From NCBI GenBank assembly GCA_051453625.1, contig JBOZIK010000001.1:40932137-40993008 (forward strand): DNA of 60,872 bases, written 5' to 3'. The notes beneath the pieces are model-generated. The model was not told where the DNA came from. It ran no database searches and saw nothing but the letters and a program-made list of their open reading frames with translations. Made by a program: the position numbers and the translations under genes. Positions within the stretch are counted from its first letter, which is position 1. Every line of letters starts with the position of its first letter. Shown piece by piece: positions 13,000 to 24,438 of this stretch. This DNA comes from Welwitschia mirabilis (Eukaryota).

Positions 13000-14324
13000 T
13001 TTCCAAAGAAGATGACCGTTTTCTTAAACAGGCCAAGTGCATGTGTTTAAGATTAACATAGAAACGACAGTTGTTTAACCTCCTCCTCCTCCTCCATTGC
13101 CTTGCAAATGCTTTGACCACGTTTTTCACACAGCCCTTTCCCTGGAACTATAAAAACGTTCAAATAAAAAAACACTAGTAGCAAGTTATCGGCCACCGTA
13201 AATCTGCACGGCGGTGGTTTGCATGACATACAAAAATCCCACTCGACCCCGCTCTTAGCTTTCAATTCATGGGAATTCTCGAAGCACACGGAAACCTCAT
13301 CAAACAGCTGTCATCTCCTTTTCTTCTTTTCCCTTCAAAAAAGTTTATTAATATAATAAATGCACGCCGTTAATTAATTGTGGAATCAACCCATCAGGTT
13401 GACCGCTTTCATTCGAGTTCCGGGCCGAGCCAACATCCGCCAAACTCGGCGCCTGAGTGGCTACTAATTGCGAACCGCAGATTAATTAGCGGAAGCCAAG
13501 TAATGAGACTATAATTTAGGCGAGAAAAGCGGTGGCGTTGGCGTGCGAAGAATGTATCAGACAGAATATCCAAAAATACAAGCATACGCCACGTGCGTAG
13601 CAGAGTCGGGTAGTCGGAGGCCACCAACGCACTCGCCAAATGTGATTGGCTGTTCGGTTTTTCTGTTAAATTAAATTAGAAAGCAAACGAAACGCGAACG
13701 CCATCGCCGGCTCAATAGGCAATTCCCATGGAAATTCGAAAGTGAGACGTGAGAGTTAACGGAGCGCCGATTCCAAAAACGTGGGCGGCACCGCAACACT
13801 GCCGGGAATTTACGTTTTCCGTTACCAAGCTACCATGGCTCGCTTTTTCTTTGCACTGCATCTGGAATCCGACGTGGAGTCAATGGCCGTCCCCGAGACC
13901 CGCTGAAAGACGGTCGTGTTGGCAGGGAGACCGTTCTTGTGCTCCGATTTCCGTTGCTTCGTTGTGCTGTGCTGTGCTGTGCTGTACGTAGCTATCGGAT
14001 TAGCTGTCCGATTCCCTGACCAACCAGTTCTTCCCTAAGTATCATATCCCTCTTTCGTTGCTCGCCTCATTTAAGAATCGCCTTCCTGCTCTCGTTTCAT
14101 TCGAATTCAGTATCTCGCATCGCTCGTCGTCTTTTGTGTGCTCTAGTTCCTCTTCTTCAGTTTCTTTCCTCTCGACAATTCTTCTCTTCTTTACCCTGTG
14201 TAGCCAAGGAAGCTTCTCCGATCAGTGAGCGGATCGGAGGAGATTCAAAAGGCAGAATTGTCGTTTTTGAATAAGGAGATCCACACACAGCCTCTCAAGC
14301 AGATTCCATTCAAGTGAATTTGTC
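13000..14324 (+). promoter_or_regulatory. CpG-rich promoter and 5' UTR of the patellin gene
   Basis: Abrupt rise in GC and CpG content relative to the flanking TEs, G-box CACGTG at 13590-13595, inverted CCAAT near 13645, six AACGG/CCGTT cores, and a CT-rich leader ~14090-14200. Confidence 0.6.
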
Positions 14325-16877
14325 ATGGCAGCTACCACTGAAGCTGCTCCCCCTCCCGTTCACGATCCTGCACCGACCCCTGCCTCTGCCCCTCCCCCTG
14401 TCCCCGCTTCAGCTTCTGCTCCACAAGAGCAACCGCCCAAGGAATCCACTGAAAGTGCAGCGAAGACCGGTGAAGAGGTTCAGGTTGAAAGCAAGGATAA
14501 AGGAAAAGAGCCGGAGAGTGAGGCTGCTCCAGAAGGTACACCCACTGCCGCTGGAGCGCCTTCTGTCCCTGATGTCAAGGAAGTTGATAAGGAGAAAAAG
14601 GCTCTCGAGGAGCTTCGTGCCCGCGTAGAGGAAGCCATCAGGAAGAACGAGTTCGTCGAGCCACCTCCTCCTCCTCCCGCGAAAGCCTCTGAGACCAAAG
14701 ATGAAGCCCCATCTCAACCTGCTTCAGGAGAAGCCGCCAAGGGGGGCGAATCCAAGGGCAAGGAGCCTGCAAAGGAGGAGGAATCCGAGAAAAAAGAAAC
14801 TGCAAAGGCAGAGAAACTTGAGAAGAAAGAACCTGTAAAGGCGGAGGAACCTGAGAAGAAAGATCCCCTAAAGGCGGAGGAACCCGAGAAGAAGGAAACC
14901 CCACAGGCGGAGTAACCCGACAGGAAAGAACCTGCAAAGGCCGAGGTACCCGCGAAGAAAGAAGCTGCAAAGGCCGAGGTACCCGCGAAGAAAGAAGCTG
15001 CAAAGGCCGAGGGGCCCGAGAAAAAAGAACCTGCAAAGGCCGAGGGGCCCGAGAAAAAAGAACCTGCAAAGGCCGAAGGACGCGAGAAAAAGGAGCCTGC
15101 AAAAGCGGAAGGCCCCGAGAAGAAAGAATCTACAAAGGAGAAGGGACCCGAGAAGAAAGATGGCGTTGTTGCAGTGCTCGCGGTAGAAGAGAAACCCGTC
15201 GAATCCAAGGCCAAGGATGTTGTTGTCCCCTCGGTCGAGGCTAAACCTTCCGTTCCTGAGACAGTGGTTGTTGCGGTAGAAAAGAAGGAGACTAAGGATG
15301 CTGTCGCGGTTGCCGAGGAAAAGACACAGACAAGAGAGGGAGCTGTCAAAACTGAGGAAACTCCGAAAACGGCGGCCGTGGCAGGCACACCATCTGAGGC
15401 GACAGCTCAGGCAAAGGTTGTTGCAGAGGTGGAAGAAGAGAAAGAGGGAGCCGAGGCAGTACCAGAGGCGATGGTTGATGAAAACATTGAGTTATGGGGT
15501 GTGCCGCTTTTGCCAAGCAAAGGGGACGAGCGCACCGATGTGGTGCTGATGAAGTTCCTGAAAGCGCGAGAGTTCAAGGTGAACGAGGCGTTCAACATGT
15601 TGAGGGAGACTATACGGTGGAGGAAGCGATTCGGAGTGGACGGCATCCTTGATGAGGATGTGGGAATGGAGGAGGATCTCCGAGGCGTCGCGTTCATGCA
15701 CGGCTTCGACAGGGAAGGCCATCCTGTTTGCTACAACGTCTATGGCATGTTCCAGGACAAGGATCTGTATCAGCGTGTCTTCGGTGACGAAGCCAAACAC
15801 GACAAGTTCCTTCGATGGAGGGTTCAGCTTCTCGAAAAGGGAATCAAAGATCATCTCAGCTTTGCTCCCGGTGCCATCAATTCCATGGTTCAGGTTACTG
15901 ACCTCAAAAACGCCCCTGGCCTCGGCTGGAACATTATCCGCCAGGCTACCAAGCAGGCAGTTACTCTCCTGCAAGACAACTATCCTGAGTTTGTTTCCAC
16001 CAAGGTAGCTTATTCTTCACGTCTCCTGCCCTCTTTTGAAATTCAACCTACATACGCTTAGATTATGGTTTGCTTATGACTTATGATCGACTGGAAATTG
16101 GATGAATTGATACAGATCTTCATAAATGTTCCGTGGTGGTACATCGCGTTCAACACAATGACGTCGCCCTTCATATCACAGAGGACGAAAAGCAAGTTCG
16201 TCATTGCCCGCCCTGCGAAGGTCCCGGAGGTGCTTTTTAAGTAAGTCATTCCTCCCTCTGATTTATCCCTTATTATCGTTCTTGCAGAATGGAATAATAC
16301 CTGTTCGGGTCCCTACCTGACGACGTTCTTACTTTTGATATTAAATTGCAGGTATATCGCCCCGGAATACGTGCCGGTGCAGTACGGCGGTCTCAGCAGA
16401 GACCACGATACTGAGTTCAACCCGGCAGACGGGGGAGTCACCGAGATGACCTTGAAAGCCGGTGTAAAACAGAGCGTCGAGATCGAGGTGAAGGAGGTAT
16501 GTATAATTTTATACCACATGATATATATTTGATTATGTATCTCTGTGTAAGGAGGTATTTGGATGAGAACTTCGTGCGGCGTTGGAACGTTGCAGGCTGG
16601 AAGCACGGTGGTGTGGGACGTTACGGTTGTGGGATGGGAAGCAACATACGAGGCGGAGTTCGTGCCGAGCAGCGAGGGCGGATACACGGTCCTCATTCAG
16701 AAGTGCAGGAGCGTGGCGGCAAACGAGGTGCCCATTCGACAGTCTTACAAGGCCGGAGAGGCCGGAAAGATTGTTCTGACGCTCGCCAACAACTCCTCGA
16801 GGAAGAAGAAGCTGCTCTATCGCTACAAAATTCACTGTTTTTCGGCTCCTTCCACGTCCACCTCCACTTCAGTCTGA
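14325..16877 (+). CDS. PATL: Patellin (Sec14/CRAL-TRIO + GOLD domain lipid-binding protein); one in-frame TAA at 14913-14915 as assembled
   Basis: Exons 14325-16004, 16116-16240, 16352-16496 and 16596-16877, all with GT-AG introns and consistent phase, total 2232 nt (743 codons + stop). Motifs: LWGVPLLPSKGDERTDVVLMKFLKAREFKV, GFDREGHPVCYNVYG, LQDNYPEFV, FINVPWWY, QRTKSKFV, VPVQYGGL, and GOLD VWDVTVVGWE...GKIVLTLAN...KKLLYRYK. Confidence 0.93.
14760..15155 (+). repeat. Coding tandem repeat, 12 x 33 bp (consensus peptide KEPAKAEGPEK)
   Basis: Units read directly: KEPAKEEESEK, KETAKAEKLEK, KEPVKAEEPEK, KDPLKAEEPEK, KETPQAE*PDR, KEPAKAEVPAK, KEAAKAEVPAK, KEAAKAEGPEK, KEPAKAEGPEK, KEPAKAEGREK, KEPAKAEGPEK, KESTKEKGPEK. 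Confidence 0.95.
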
Positions 16878-19800
16878 CGCCACTCTGCGGTGGATGCCGG
16901 TTCATGCAAAACGCCAAGGCCACGCATTACCTGCCACATGTGAATGTCTGTCGTTTATGCGCTGGAGTTGTGCATAGCTTTGTTTTTCATTCGTTATTAT
17001 TTATTATTTTATTATTTGTTGTAAGGCATGGGCATATGCAGCCGCTCTATACGAATGTGCAACGACAACAAAGACAACGGCTATGTGTGACCCCACTGCC
17101 CCTCCAATTTCCAATTTGTATTGTGATATGTGAATGTGAATGAATAGGAGGAGGAGGATGTGTAGTGTCCAGTCATTCATGAATCACCTTTTTACTTTTG
17201 CTTTACTTTTGAGTTATGTCTTTGTTGCTGGGATTCCAAGCCCATCGCTTTTAGTGGTGGGCATTGCCTTTGAAAGGGAAAGCGCGATAAAAGTCGCAAA
17301 GCAAGTCGTTTTAAGTTAAGAGAGATGGATTTTCGGGTTTCGTGGAGATACTGTCCTTTCTTGTCACAATGTCATCATGCTTATCTTGTATGTCTACTTA
17401 TTATCTTTAATCTTGTATGTCTCCTTATTATCTTTACATGTAATAAAAATTTGGAGTGATTAGATGATTGATGAATCACGACCATCTATTCATGTTCTCC
17501 ATGTTAACATGGAATGACGACTTTGTCCGCCATTCCCTCTCACGCTCTGCCAATCGTAGATTAACGTACGTCCTCTCGATTTGACCATTAAACGTACAAT
17601 TTTATCAGCTTGTAAGGTAATGCCATCACCATCATTTTAATGTACACCCCACAAGGCTGTTTTAACCTTTAACCAATATATTTCTAAGTAACATTTTATA
17701 TATTTTTAAGTGGGAAATCCTAATACTACACGGAAGTATTAGTTATATTTTATGAAGCCATTATCATGAGGATTATCTGGGATTTGGTTGGGCCACTCAA
17801 CACATTTCCTCTTAGGTCTTATGGGGGATATAAATTTCTAACGACAAAGAAATCACTAATTGGATTTGACTAATGAGTTAGGGCCACTGCTTTAGAGTCT
17901 TAAAACAAATACTTTTTCTCACGAACTATGTTTACATGCATGAGTTGACAAGTTTAGTAAGAGCTCATGTTAAGCATGTGAGTTATGTCAAATTTACATG
18001 CTATGTTTACCCCTTAACATAACCATGCACATTAATCTATGAAAAGATTTAGTCATAACAAGGATCATTCAAGATGACATTTCTTAATGTTTGCATTGCT
18101 AGTTTCTTTAAGTTCATATGTTGTAGACTTATGCTTGTCAATGTTAATGTGTAGCCTTCATTCCAAGTTTGGAGTCTCCCATAAGCTCACCTACGATAAA
18201 AAATTATTTGTAAAAAAACTTAGAAAAAGTAATATCATGTTCAAATAAATTAATTAAAACAACTTTGGGGGAGCACAAAAGGATATTCTAACAACTTCAA
18301 TTTTGTAAATTTATAGCTTTCTCTATTGACGCTTAACCTTTTGCATGGATTGCACAATAGGATCATGTTAATCATCATCAAAAGTTTTTTGTATTTAATA
18401 CCTTTGAACACAAGATTACATAGTTGATTAATATTTTTTCAACTGTTGTAAGATGACTTGCAATAGAGCTTCTTCTTCTTCCTCTTCTTCTTTTTTAATT
18501 TTTTTTCCATTAGAGTGCATGTCATGATTAGTTTTCAATGGAAGAGACATGAGTCATACTAGAAAGCTCTAAAAATCTTTCTTTAAAACTCACAAACCCA
18601 TGTCCAAGCGAGCAAGTGTGGGCTTTCTAAGATAATGGATGAACTAGAGAAACAAAAGGAGCAAGTTGGACTGGAGGCAATTACACTTGAAGGTTGTAAT
18701 TTTGCCAATAATTCTAATCTATTGGCAAGGGCATATGGCAAGGTTAATGATCACATGAGTAGGGCATTTATAATTTAAGAATTAGCATTATATTTTCATA
18801 AATTGTAACATTGTTTTGTTTGAAACTGGAACCTCTTATAGCAACTAGTACATGTCAGGTGGCATCAAGAAAGACAAAGAGGGGAATGCTATTACCATCG
18901 AAGGGACGAAGAATGAACATCTAGGACTTTTTTAAACATTAGGCATGAAGAATTAACATGGTGCTCCATTTGTTTCATTAGATAGTTGAATTCAAGGATT
19001 GTCGTATCTGCATGAATAGGAATATGTAAACACAATATGAATAAAAACCAAAATAAGAAAGAAAAACAAAACTTCATTTGTAGTACAATATAGAGTAATA
19101 CATAATGTCTTTTAGAAAGAGAAGATTTCTAAGATAGTCTAATTAGTGATAGACCTAAACTAGGAGGGCAACGTCAAAAAAGGAAGGACTAGGAAAAATT
19201 ATACAAGCAGTAAATTTAAACCAAGCAAGTCCAAGTCAATAATGATCCAAGGCAGGAAAAGCTAAGTCACACTATTGAACAATTGTTGACTACAAGTCAT
19301 TTTACCCTTAGATGATGTCTTTGCAAGCTAATAGGGTGATGCTACTTATCAATAAAGATGTCTCATTCAATATGTTCTTGGATTTTTTTTAATTATTTAA
19401 TTTGAAAATAAAATGAACAAAACATGCACGAGTAAAAATACAATCTAATGAATTATACAAATTTTACTTAATTACTCGATTAGTGTACTTATTAAAATTT
19501 AATTATTTATTTTTTAGTCAACAACTACCATATTAACCTCACTACAAATATGGGAATTGATAAATAAACTAATTTATGATAACAAGGTTCCAAATGCCAT
19601 TAACATCAATTTTTTTTTTTCTGGGAAAAATTCTATTGCTCGCATAACAAATAGCAGAAAATTTAAGAGCTTTACTATTTACTTACTTTAGTAACGAAAA
19701 AAAATTTATAAATTGTTCTCTAGTCCAACCCCTTCAATTTGTCTGCTTTGCCTACATTCATAGTATAATGTTCAAAGAAGAAAGGGAATTTAAGAAGATA

Positions 19801-19929
19801 GAAATAAAACTAGAATTATGTTCATTCATTATGTGACCCATCATTCCCCCGTGACTAAATTTAGTCAATCTCTTGTCTGACAAAAATAAAAAGGAATTAA
19901 ATTCTTTATGGAACATGTATAGAAAACGT

Positions 19930-21600
19930 TGATTCTATCTTTGGTTCCAACAAAAATATCGAAGATCAATCCTTAAGAGTGGAGACTTTGAGGATGAAGG
20001 TTGGGTATGCATTGCTAGCCTCACTAAAAGTTATGCTCTTGACATCTTATTCTCAGTTTTTAGCATTTGAAGTTGGCTTTGTACATCTTGACGAAGCCTT
20101 TATTCCTTCCCTAATAAATATTATAAAAAGAAACGCTGCATTATTTACTCCACTTGTTGAGCATCTATTGCAACTCTCTTGACAGCTTTATTTCTAAGTT
20201 CTTGTTTAATTGGTACTAAGGTAGGTTGATGTTGACCTGCAATTTTGCATTCAAGATCCTCCTTATACACCATGTGTCCACATCATAACATTCCTTTACC
20301 AAGATAATAGAGTTCTAGAGCTTATTTGTCTCTATAATAAGTTCCTTTGGAAATCAAGAAGCTTATCATTGGATGTTTTGAGACTATACATCCTTAGACG
20401 TTCAATTAATTTTAAAAGTCTTTTGTTCTCCATTTTGAGGCCGATGATGTGTTCCTTCTCCTTTTCCGCATAAAATTATTAGTAATTCTCAATCCTAAAA
20501 ATTATTTGTCGTTCACATTTAAATGTTTACTGAACTTCTCTTGAATTATTGATATATGGCCTCCCCACCGTTTTGTAAATTTTCAAGACATGCTCAATAA
20601 ATGGTTTGATAATTCTAAGGATTGGACCATTTTAAGTTGGTCGTTTAATTCATCAGTTCTTTTCTACATTATGCACGCTCTCTTAAACTTCTTTATTTTA
20701 GGTTCTTAAAGCTCTTCTTAGCTTCCTACACTTCAGAAATGGAGATATTGGTACCTCTTAATTAAGACTACATAGCATTCTAATCTTGCAGTTCTTATGC
20801 TAATCTATCCATCTTCTCAACCTCAAGCATATCAAAGTCATCACATAAATCCCATACTTATAATGTAACTTTGAGGTTAGGAATTGTTTCCATTTGCTCT
20901 TGAATAATATCCTAGCTCTTTGAGAGCTTGAACTCTAAGGCATAAACTTGGATTCACATCCTTTAGACCTTTGCATTCAAAGCACTTACCAGACACAAGA
21001 GATAGTTATTCTTATCTAGAGACCTAAGCATCTCCTTTAGCCTAGAAGAGACCAAGCCCTGGTAAGTTACAAGCTTCCCTTTCGATGATGATTTCATGAA
21101 GGATTTCTTCATGATTGTCCTAGTTACTCTTCTAAGGTTGAAGGAAGAGAATTTTATTAAATGAACTCACCTTTGAATCCTTGCTTTAATTCATTAACGA
21201 ATTACTATAGCAAAAACCTTTCATTATTTTNNNNNNNNNNAGCTCTACAAGAAGGGAAGTAATAATACTAAGAAACCCTTTACCTAAATTTATGGTTATT
21301 GAGTTTCCATATGTAGGGTTTTTATCCTCTTGGCATTAATCCAACCTTCCCTAATAATTGCTATGAGTCTTAGATTAGACTATTGCATAGTGATTTAAAG
21401 GACATGCCCTTTTATAGAGTAAGAGATGGAGAAGGATGCGAGATGGTGATGGTGGCCACCTCCTTACCCTCTTCTTAGATGCTTGCTTTATAGGAGACTC
21501 AAACGTGCCTCTGTAGTTGACTCAATAAAAACCTTCAAGAGCCTTTTCCACGATCTAATTCTAACTAGCCTATAAACTTCCCAAATTTACAAAGCAAAAG
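19930..21600 (-). mobile_element. Highly decayed L1-type LINE remnant
   Basis: Manual minus-strand translation gives fragments such as KLRRALRT*NKEV, RKRRRN and NAYPTFILKVSTLKD (resembling the EN-RT linker and RT start), and NLGKGF (ORF1-like). Confidence 0.45.
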
Positions 21601-23763
21601 GTATCTTATTTGGTTTTTTCACCTTAAGCTCACATGACATGCTCTTGTAGACTTTCAAATAAGAGTTGAAAACCACTAAAGAAGTTTTTTTTTTTTTTAA
21701 CTGTTGCATTGCTGCTATAATCATGCACATTCTCACTGAAGTAATCAATAAACATTCCATAGGATGATAACTATATTTAGTAAGATTTGTCAATAGTTAT
21801 ACTTCTTCCATTACTTTTTCATCCTACATCATTTGTATATGTAATTGTAAGCGGCCTAATAATAATTGGTGATTACACTCAAATTCTTACAACTTTGGCC
21901 CCTTAAAATTTAGTAGCATGCTTTGTTACTAGTTAATTTTAATAATCCTTATAATTATCAAAATTTTATTGAAAATATATAATCCTTAGGTTTCATTGTT
22001 TAGAACATGCTAAGCTACACATTTTTTAATTAAGGCATTATTTCCAAGAAGATTAGCACTACTATTAAATCTATGGTGTTGTTGGCATTCTAAAGGATGA
22101 TGGATCTTGTGAAAGTTGGAGTAAACACTCACTGCTAAATAATTAAATAAAAGTCATAGAACATGGAAAAATTGAATTAAATGCTAAAAACTTAGGAAAA
22201 GTTCTAAAAGGCTAAATATTTAATTAATTAATCTTGATAACCAAGTAATCCTACTTTTACCACATTCAAATGTACCTCAATATATCAAGCATGTGAAATC
22301 AAATGTAAAGATCCAAACCCTTGGGTTATATTAATATAACTCACCTCAACGGTTAGGCATCCTTTATCTTGTATCTCATATTTGATATAATGTTAGATCT
22401 CTATTGGATTCATTTCACAGTTCCATTTCCCCTCATTTTCCATCGACCTCACATGGTTTCCATGGTTATGATGAGGGCTTCTCTTATGATGCGGCTCTAA
22501 GCAACCATTTATTGTCCCTAGAATGTGAGACTAGTTGTTTTGTAAGGCAACTTCCTTGCTAAGACTAAAAGCATACATTGGACCTGTAATAACAACGGTG
22601 CTCATCCCAGCACACAAAATAATGACAGGGGAAATAATGCAGATCATAACACGAAGAACGCAAGGGATCGCGGGACATAAAACAACAGCAAATCAAAGGG
22701 GCGTCATCAGAGAATAGCAGAACAAAAGGGAGGCTACAATAAAAGAGACGGGATGCAGACAGAAAATAGAGAGAGAAACAACATGGGGTAGGAAAGAAAT
22801 GAGGGCATTGAAGAGATCACACAAAGAAAAACACAACAGAGATAGGGTAAAATGGTAGACAATGAAAGGCAATTGACACCTATGTTAGAGGCACCAATGA
22901 AGATGCACTAGCGTAGTCAGACAACAGGCCAGCATTGAAAAAAGCCATCAGAGATTAGAACAAGGGAAGGTTGCGTCCACATATGAAGAGAAGACCACTA
23001 GAAAGATTGGCTAGTGGTGGCACTAGAAGTGCTACAACCATTAGAGAAGAGGGCATCGACCAATGCAGCAGATCAGCGCATCGGGAAATAGAGGATTGCA
23101 ATAGCATCAAAAGGGAGGAAGCCAATAAAGTTGCAAGAAGCATAAAGACCTGGTGAGAAAAGCAACAAAGTTGTGAATCTAAAAAACACAAATCCAGACT
23201 AATCAGAGGACAAAGAGAACAGAGAGGGAAGAGAACAGTGAGAGCAGAGGCAGCAAAGCTACACAAACGAAAAGGAGATTCAAGCATAGTGAAAGGACTG
23301 CGATCAAGGACAGATAAGGTAAAGGCCTAAAACAATAGAACAAGGAGGATTCAAATTTCATAATTTCCAAGTTCTCAACCAACTTCCGTACTATCATTTT
23401 TATTAAAAAACAATCAACATATCTCTAAAATACCAGTTCAATTTAATCATTGAGTTTGATCTGTATAAGATATTATTCTTCTCCTTTTCTATTACTCTTG
23501 AAATGAAATATTTTGAGATCATTTACATCATTCTAGTATTCTTGTAGCTGAAAGATGAATGAAACAAATCAAACTCTTTAGATTATAGATGTAGAAGTCC
23601 CTACTATTTATTCCCTTTTGTTGAAACCTTGGTTATATGAAATATATATACAAAAAGAAGGAAACGTTAAAGAAGCAAATCAATTATAGTTAATATTCCT
23701 TGTATTCAAATATCAATGTTGAAACTAATTTTGTTTGCATTCTCATGGTAGTTAACTCAATCT

Positions 23764-23835
23764 GGGCCTATAATTTAATGGTAGAATGCTTAGTTGTAAG
23801 TTAAGAGATATCTAGTTTGAATTCGAGTGGGTCTT
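23764..23835 (+). tRNA. Decayed tRNA pseudogene, most similar to plant cytosolic tRNA-Cys(GCA); anticodon now reads GTA
   Basis: 72 nt: GGGCCTA acceptor arm pairing with TGGGTCT, A-box-like TAATTTAATGGTAGA, anticodon arm CTTAG-TTGTAAG-TTAAG, B-box-like AGTTTGAATTC. CAA lies just upstream and a T7 run at ~23848-23854. Confidence 0.7.
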
Positions 23836-23939
23836 AAAAAATAAGAATTTTTTTAAGGGGGCCATATCTGTTTTATCATAAATATTGTTGGTTTGGATTA
23901 AGCTTATGTTGTTTTAACAACCACAATTTTTTTTCAAAG

Positions 23940-24370
23940 GAGGGCATCAAACCTAGTCAAACCATCAGAGCATGTCAAACACAATCAAATTTAGTCAATG
24001 ACTCAGTCAAATCCTAGTCAAACCAAAATTGTACAAAACAGTGAAACTATCAAAGGACAGTTAAATTGTCAAAAATGGTTAAACTCAGCCAAAATTTTGC
24101 CAAATAGTTAAGGAACAACATTCAAATCCAATCAAACCTAGTCAAACTGAGTCAAACCCAATCCAATTCAATCAAAACAAAATAATTACAATTTGTCAAA
24201 TAGTCATACTTAGTCAACGTCGTCACAATGTTAGTGCTAACTTAGTCAAACTTAATCAAAGCCAGTCAAAAAAATAGTTAAGCCTTGTCAAACTCAGTCA
24301 AGCCTAGTCAAGTTAGGTTAAACCATCAAATCTTGTTTAAACTCAGTCAAATCGTCGTCAAACTAATTAA
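23940..24370 (+). repeat. Degenerate short-period repeat array (AGTCAAAC-like), probably within the 5' LTR of the downstream gypsy element
   Basis: Many GTCAAA / TCAAAC units spaced ~10-20 bp apart, directly upstream of the PBS. Confidence 0.7.
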
Positions 24371-24438
24371 TCACTCATTATCATATGACATTAGAACTAA
24401 TCCATCATTTACAAAAGCAAAATATCTTGTAAATAATT

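Noticed and set aside
14912..14923. GTAACCCGACAG as an in-frame 12-nt GT-AG micro-intron removing the patellin stop
   Set aside because: Far below plant spliceosomal intron size. The next plausible acceptor (TTGCAG at 15174) is in the wrong phase.
14760..15155. 33-bp repeats as a CRISPR-like array
   Set aside because: Head-to-tail units without unique spacers, in frame within a eukaryotic exon, and no cas genes.
14409..15974. Long antisense and alternative-frame ORFs over patellin (e.g. 14714-15388, 14638-15102, 15492-15974)
   Set aside because: Expected shadows of a GC-rich, repetitive coding strand, with no domain features.
16499..17143. 214-aa ORF overlapping patellin intron 3, exon 4 and 3' UTR
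   Set aside because: An off-frame read-through of the GOLD exon with no independent coding signal.
23764..23835. Functional tRNA-Tyr(GTA)
   Set aside because: A and B boxes and stems are damaged, there is no intron (plant cytosolic tRNA-Tyr genes have one), and the body resembles tRNA-Cys.
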